Shown here in pieces: positions 59,296-64,000 of a DNA stretch of 64,000 nucleotides. Location of the stretch: NCBI GenBank assembly GCA_023411035.1, contig JAEYPE010000084.1, positions 132 through 64,131 on the forward strand. The letters run 5' to 3'. The stretch is from Pseudomonadota bacterium (GTDB taxonomy: Bacteria; Pseudomonadota; Alphaproteobacteria; Azospirillales; Azospirillaceae). The number at the start of each line of letters is the position of its first letter. Position 1 is the stretch's first letter. The position numbers and the translations under genes are program-made. The notes under the pieces were generated by a model. It saw only the letters and a program-made list of their open reading frames with translations, did not search any database and was not told where the DNA came from.

Positions 59296-59930
59296 AGGAT
59301 CACCCCGGTATTCTTTTTCGCCTGCATTGCCGCGGCCTGATTCTGGAGCGCGACATAGTGGTGCCACACCAGCTTCGCGGCAAGGCTGCGGTGCGGGCGC
59401 CAGGGTTCGGCCACCGCCAGAAGCTGCGCCGGGGTCGGCTTCTCCGCCCAGCCCTTCAGCCGCTGCACGCCCAATTGAATGGCAAGGTCGCCCACCGGCC
59501 AGATGTCGGGCCGTCCGAGCGCCATCATCAGGTAGATCTCGGCTGTCCAGCGTCCGATACCCTTCAGCGCGACCAGGGCCGCCACGGCCTCGTCGTCGTC
59601 CATGGCGTGGATGGCGTCGAAGTCCAGCCGCCCGTCCGCGATGGTCCGGGCCAGCCCGCGGGCGTAGCCGATCTTCTGGCGCGACAGGCCGCAGGCCCGC
59701 AAATCCTCGTCCGCCAGGGCCAGGATGGCGTCGGGCGTCACCTCGCCCACCATGCCCTGGAGCTTCGCCCACAGCGCCGCGGCGACCTTGGTGGAAAGCT
59801 GCTGTTCGATGATCAGGCAGAGCAGGCCGGGAAAGCCTCCGGGACGGCTGAAGTCGCGGATCGACGGCCCGCCGACGCGCAGGGATTCGGCGAAGATGGG
59901 GTCGAGGGCGGTGAGATGCTCGATGCTCAT
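59292..59930 (-). CDS. alkA: DNA-3-methyladenine glycosylase II-like HhH-GPD protein
   Basis: LIIEQQLSTKVAAALWAKL...LKGIGRWTAEIYLMMALGRPDIWPVGDLAI contains the HhH-GPD motif with the catalytic Asp. The start is ATG 59930. Confidence 0.75.
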   Translation of the reverse strand: MSIEHLTALDPIFAESLRVGGPSIRDFSRPGGFPGLLCLIIEQQLSTKVAAALWAKLQGMVGEVTPDAILALADEDLRACGLSRQKIGYARGLARTIADGRLDFDAIHAMDDDEAVAALVALKGIGRWTAEIYLMMALGRPDIWPVGDLAIQLGVQRLKGWAEKPTPAQLLAVAEPWRPHRSLAAKLVWHHYVALQNQAAAMQAKKNTGVIL

Positions 59931-59940
59931 GGTCGTACGA

Positions 59941-59977
59941 AAATGGGGGATGCGCAACGCCTGCGCATCCCCCATTT
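59941..59977 (-). terminator. perfect 16-bp-stem hairpin after purS
   Basis: AAATGGGGGATGCGCA-acgcc-TGCGCATCCCCCATTT with flanking T-runs on both strands. It ends 10 nt before the alkA-like ATG. Confidence 0.7.
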
Positions 59978-60007
59978 TTCGCCGGTCCGATTGGAACGGG
60001 CGTGGCC

Positions 60008-60250
60008 TCAGGCCACCAGCTCGATCGCGTAGTCTTCGATCACGGTGTTGGCCAGCAGCTTGTTGCACATGGCCTCGACCTCCTTGCGGGCGGCGGCCTC
60101 GTCGGTGCTCTTGAGCTGAAGCTCGATGACCTTGCCGGCGCGGACGTCCTCGACGCCGTCGAAGCCCAGCGTGTGCAGCGCGTGCGCGATGGCCTTGCCC
60201 TGGGGGTCGAGAACGCCGCGCTTGAGGGTGACGTGAACCTTCGCCTTCAT
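60008..60250 (-). CDS. purS: phosphoribosylformylglycinamidine synthase subunit PurS
   Basis: MKAKVHVTLKRGVLDPQGKAI... Confidence 0.92.
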   Translation of the reverse strand: MKAKVHVTLKRGVLDPQGKAIAHALHTLGFDGVEDVRAGKVIELQLKSTDEAAARKEVEAMCNKLLANTVIEDYAIELVA

Positions 60251-60293
60251 CGGATGTCCGCTCGCTTGATGGTGCTGATGGATAAGGGAAAAC

Positions 60294-61058
60294 TTACTGG
60301 ACCGTCTTGGGGCCCTTGACGTCCACCGGGCCGCCTTCGGGCAGGATGCCGAGGCGCCGGGCGACCTCCTGGTACGCCTCCTCGACCTTGCCGAGATCCT
60401 GGCGGAAGCGGTCCTTGTCCAGCTTCTCGTTGGTCTTGATGTCCCACAGGCGGCAGTTGTCGGGGCTGATCTCGTCGGCGAGCACGATGCGCATCTCCTC
60501 GTTCTCCCACAGCCGGCCGAACTCCAGCTTGAAGTCCACCAGCCGCAGGCCGATGCCGAGGAAGAGACCCGACAGATAGTCGTTCACGCGCAGGCTGAGC
60601 GCCACCATGTCGTCGAGGTCCTGCGGAGCCGCCCAGCCGAAGGCCGTGATGTGCTCCTCCGTGACCATCGGATTGTTCAGCTCGTCGGACTTGTAATAGT
60701 ACTCGATGATCGAGCGCGGCAGCGGGGTCCCCTCCGGGATGCCGAAGCGCTTGGACAGCGAACCGGCGGCGGTGTTGCGCACGACCAGCTCGATGGGGAT
60801 GATCTCGACCTCGCGAACCAGCTGCTCGCGCATGTTCAGGCGGCGCACGAAATGCGTCGGCACGCCGATTTCCGACAAACGGCTCATCAGGTATTCGGAG
60901 ATGCGGTTGTTCAGCACCCCCTTGCCGGTGATGATGCCCTTCTTCTGGTTGTTGAAGGCGGTCGCGTCGTCCTTGAAGTACTGCACCAGCGTGCCCGGCT
61001 CCGGCCCTTCGAACAGGACCTTCGCCTTGCCTTCGTAGATGCGCCGACGTCGTGTCAT
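60294..61058 (-). CDS. purC: phosphoribosylaminoimidazole-succinocarboxamide synthase
   Basis: [15 protein letters not shown]...IPIELVVRN...[14 protein letters not shown]. The start is ATG 61058. Confidence 0.93.
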   Translation of the reverse strand: MTRRRRIYEGKAKVLFEGPEPGTLVQYFKDDATAFNNQKKGIITGKGVLNNRISEYLMSRLSEIGVPTHFVRRLNMREQLVREVEIIPIELVVRNTAAGSLSKRFGIPEGTPLPRSIIEYYYKSDELNNPMVTEEHITAFGWAAPQDLDDMVALSLRVNDYLSGLFLGIGLRLVDFKLEFGRLWENEEMRIVLADEISPDNCRLWDIKTNEKLDKDRFRQDLGKVEEAYQEVARRLGILPEGGPVDVKGPKTVQ

Positions 61059-61176
61059 GAGAGATCGTCCAAAAACGTGTAGCCTGGGCTGGCGGGTGAC
61101 CGGTCCAGGGGATATGCACGAGTGATATAGCAAGCTGGCCCAGGGAACACAATGCGCGGGGGGCGCGGGGGCGGCT

Positions 61177-61953
61177 TCAACCCAACGCGACCGGCTCCCA
61201 CGGCGCCTCGTGCGGGCGGCCCGCGGCGAAGTGCCAGACGGGGCCGAGGTCCGGCCGTTCCACGGCGGGCAGGGCGATCAGCGCGCTGGACACCGTGCCG
61301 AATCCGGTCGGCAGCAGGAAATTCATCGCCCCGCGCTCGCCCCGCCCGCCGTCCCAGATGCGGCTCGCCAGCAGCTCCGGCCAGCCGCCCCAGGGATTCG
61401 CGGCGCCTTCCCGTTCCGGATCAGGCGGCGGGGCGTGGCGGAACAGGGGGAGGTACTGGGCCTGCCGCGGGTCCTCCTCCACGTCGTCCAGGTCGCTGGC
61501 GGTGATCATGTGAACGCCCGTGGGGATGTCGATCACCTCCGGGCGGTTGCGGGGGGAGGGACCGCGGTGGACCAGCAGCCGGGCGTCCCGGTTGTCGGCG
61601 ATCAGCAGGTTGAAGGGACGGTAGGCCCGCGTGTCGAGCTGCGCCATGGCCAGCGCCGCCTCCGCCGCGTCGGCGAAGTCCAGCGCGTCCAGCACCAGTT
61701 CGCCGCGGGACCGCTTGCCGGCCTCCGGCCCCAGCGTGCCCATGCGGTTCAGGACGGCGGCGACCACCCCCTCGTCGTTCATGCCCAGCCAGGAGCCGCC
61801 GGCCAACTCGTCCAGACCGGCAATCACGTTGGGGCGGTCGGGCCAGTGGCGGGCCGGAGCCTTCCACGGGCGCCCGGCCATCTCGTCCCGGTTGGCGCCC
61901 AGAATCAGGGGCCAAGTTGCGTCCGGTCGTCGCAGGAGGATCACGCTGCACAT
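61177..61953 (-). CDS. NRDE-family (TANGO2/DUF833) protein
   Basis: MCSVILL...ILGANRDE...GGSWLG. The start is ATG 61953. Confidence 0.75.
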   Translation of the reverse strand: MCSVILLRRPDATWPLILGANRDEMAGRPWKAPARHWPDRPNVIAGLDELAGGSWLGMNDEGVVAAVLNRMGTLGPEAGKRSRGELVLDALDFADAAEAALAMAQLDTRAYRPFNLLIADNRDARLLVHRGPSPRNRPEVIDIPTGVHMITASDLDDVEEDPRQAQYLPLFRHAPPPDPEREGAANPWGGWPELLASRIWDGGRGERGAMNFLLPTGFGTVSSALIALPAVERPDLGPVWHFAAGRPHEAPWEPVALG

Positions 61954-62105
61954 GGTGAATCTTGCCTTCCGCTTCCCTCTTGGGTATGTCGCCGCACGCC
62001 GGATTCGCCGATTGGCCGGCGGGCGGGGGCGATGAAGATGCCTAGCCAACCGGCTATATAGTCTTGTATCTGGGAGCACAAAACCATTCCAAGGAGCCGG
62101 GTCCA

Positions 62106-62426
62106 ATGACGACCTTCGACGAGCGCGAGAGGGCCTTCGAGAACAAGTTCCAGCACGACCAGGACCTGCTCTTCAGGATTCGTGCACGCCGCAACCGGCT
62201 TGCCGGCCTGTGGGCCGCCGGCTTGCTGGGCATGACCGGGGGCGAGGTCGACGCATACGTCCGCCAGATCGTCGACGCCGACATCGCCGCCACGGGGCCG
62301 CACGACATCCGTGACCGTCTGGCCGCCGATCTGCACGCCCAGGGAATCGACATCTCCGACCACCGGGTGGAGAAGGAGCTGGCCCGCCTGCTCGATATCG
62401 CCCGCGAGCAGGTGCACGCGGAGTAA
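62106..62426 (+). CDS. DUF1476 protein (alphaproteobacterial F1-ATPase inhibitor zeta-subunit family)
   Basis: MTTFDERERAFENKFQHDQDLLFRIRARRNRLAGLWAA is the characteristic N-terminus of the family. The start is ATG 62106. Confidence 0.7.
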   Translation: MTTFDERERAFENKFQHDQDLLFRIRARRNRLAGLWAAGLLGMTGGEVDAYVRQIVDADIAATGPHDIRDRLAADLHAQGIDISDHRVEKELARLLDIAREQVHAE

Positions 62427-62482
62427 GCGTGAAAGCGGAGTAAGGCCGGCGCCGTCCCGGCGCGCCTGTCCGGCACAGATGC

Positions 62483-62515
62483 AAAGGCCCGGCTGCCGAA
62501 TGGCGCCGGGCCTTT
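62483..62515. terminator. bidirectional intrinsic terminator between convergent zeta-like gene and purB
   Basis: AAAGGCCCGGC-(11 nt)-GCCGGGCCTTT followed by TCCTTT. Confidence 0.7.
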
Positions 62516-62546
62516 TCCTTTGCGGCTTCCTTTGGCGGTGCCGGGT

Positions 62547-63842
62547 TTACTCGCCGAACACGCGCTTGAAGACCGTATCGACGTGCTTGGTGTGGTAGGT
62601 CATGTCGAACATCGGCGCCAGCGTCTCGCGGGAGATGTGCTTGGACACGTCCGGATCGGCGGACAGCAGGTCGAGGAAGCTGCCGCCCTTCTCCCACACC
62701 TGCATGGCGTTGCGCTGCACCGCCTTGTAGCTGTCCTCGCGGCTCATCCCGGCCTGGGTCAGGGCCAGCAGGACGCGCTGCGAGAAGACCAGGCCGCCGA
62801 GGTCGTCCAGGTTCTTCTGCATGCGCTCCGGATAGACCACCAGCTTGTCCATCATGCCGATCAGGCGGGCCAGCGCGAAGTCCAGCGTCACCGTGGCGTC
62901 GGGGCCGAACATGCGCTCGACCGAGCTGTGGGAGATGTCGCGCTCGTGCCACAGGGCGACGTTCTCCAGCGCCGGGACGACGGCGGAGCGGACGATGCGC
63001 GCCAGACCCGTCAGGTTCTCCGACAGCACCGGGTTGCGCTTGTGCGGCATCGCCGAGGAGCCCTTCTGGCCCGGATGGAAATACTCCTCCGCCTCGCGCA
63101 CTTCGGTGCGCTGGAGGTGGCGGATCTCCACGGCCAGATTCTCGATGGACGAGGCGATGACGCCCAGCACCGAGAAGTAGAAGGCGTGGCGGTCGCGCGG
63201 GATGACCTGGGTGGACACCGGCTCCGGCGTCAGGCCCATCTTGGCGGCGACGTGCTGCTCCACCCGCGGGTCGATGTTGGCGAAGGTGCCGACCGCGCCG
63301 GAGATGGCGCAGGTGGCGATGTCGGCGCGCGCCTGGACCAGACGCTCCCGCCCGCGGGCGAAGGCGGCGTAGTGGCCGGCCAGCTTCAGGCCGAAGGTTG
63401 TCGGCTCGGCGTGGATGCCGTGGCTGCGCCCGATGGTGACGGTGTCCTTGTGCTCATAGGCGCGGCGCTTCAGCACGGCCAGCAGCTTGTCCAGGTCCTC
63501 CAGCAGCAGATCGGCGGCCTGGGTCATCTGCACGGCGAGGCAGGTGTCCAGCACGTCCGAGGAGGTCATGCCCTGGTGGACGAAGCGCGCTTCCGGCCCG
63601 ACATGCTCGGCGAGGTTGGTCAGGAAGGCGATGACGTCGTGGCGGGTTTCCCGCTCGATCTCATCGATGCGGTCGATCTCCCACTTGCCGCGCTCCCACA
63701 CGGCGGCGGCGGCCTCCTTCGGGATGACGCCCAGCTCGGCCTGCGCGTCGCAGGCGTGCGCCTCGATCTCGAACCAGATGCGGAACCGGTTCTCCGGTTC
63801 CCAGATGCGGGCCATTTCGGGGCGGGTATAGCGGGGGATCAT
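62547..63842 (-). CDS. purB: adenylosuccinate lyase
   Basis: MIPRYTRPEMARIWEPENRF...SSAMPHKRNP is the fumarate-lyase signature. The start is ATG 63842. Confidence 0.93.
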   Translation of the reverse strand: MIPRYTRPEMARIWEPENRFRIWFEIEAHACDAQAELGVIPKEAAAAVWERGKWEIDRIDEIERETRHDVIAFLTNLAEHVGPEARFVHQGMTSSDVLDTCLAVQMTQAADLLLEDLDKLLAVLKRRAYEHKDTVTIGRSHGIHAEPTTFGLKLAGHYAAFARGRERLVQARADIATCAISGAVGTFANIDPRVEQHVAAKMGLTPEPVSTQVIPRDRHAFYFSVLGVIASSIENLAVEIRHLQRTEVREAEEYFHPGQKGSSAMPHKRNPVLSENLTGLARIVRSAVVPALENVALWHERDISHSSVERMFGPDATVTLDFALARLIGMMDKLVVYPERMQKNLDDLGGLVFSQRVLLALTQAGMSREDSYKAVQRNAMQVWEKGGSFLDLLSADPDVSKHISRETLAPMFDMTYHTKHVDTVFKRVFGE

Positions 63843-64000
63843 CGGACTCTCCGGGGGTGGCGGACCTGAAACTGGGAACGGGCGGGGCGCGTCCGGCCAT
63901 TGCAGCGGCGGGAAAAGCCCCGATCGCGCGCGCGGGACCATAACCGCGCCGGGCGGCGCTGCAAAGCCTCTTCCGAATCCGGGTGCGGAAGGGTTTGTGG

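Overview
High-GC (roughly 68-70% by eye) alphaproteobacterial chromosome segment. A 545-aa indolepyruvate/phenylpyruvate decarboxylase ORF with divergent gltX-cysS, plus the gene order, points to Azospirillum (brasilense/baldaniorum group). I call about 70 CDS, one tRNA-Ser(CGA), three copies of a G/C-rich REP-like palindromic element, one 108-bp hairpin element and several intrinsic terminators. Most genes are housekeeping: ctpA/M23/gpmI, rlmH-rsfS-nadD-proA, proB-obgE, rpmA-rplU, nadE, gltX, cysS, cimA, rpsD, grxD-bolA, purL-purQ, purS-purC and purB. Accessory genes include a Liv-type ABC transporter, an MCP, a GT2 plus GT-C pair, a CHASE histidine kinase with a receiver, an OYE/TetR pair and a LysR/MFS pair. 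I saw no rRNA, CRISPR array, transposase, integrase or recognisable defence-system genes. Many long ORFs in the track are antisense or out-of-frame artefacts of high GC, and several real genes needed their starts moved downstream. The items most worth a second look are: (1) an orphan HslV/20S-beta-like threonine peptidase with an intact Thr1/Asp17/Lys33 triad and no ATPase partner, in an AT-richer islet beside elbB-ipdC; (2) a lower-GC gene for a degenerate GGDEF-EAL-like protein with a Cys-rich N-terminus that splits the ABC-transporter operon; (3) a small-gene cluster (PAS-like 64-aa ORF, FNR/FixK box, acidic 70-aa ORF, cowN); (4) an orphan S/G/A-rich 327-aa protein; (5) an HExxH protein resembling EF-P hydroxylase EpmC. 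All functional calls come from reading motifs by eye; no database search was possible.
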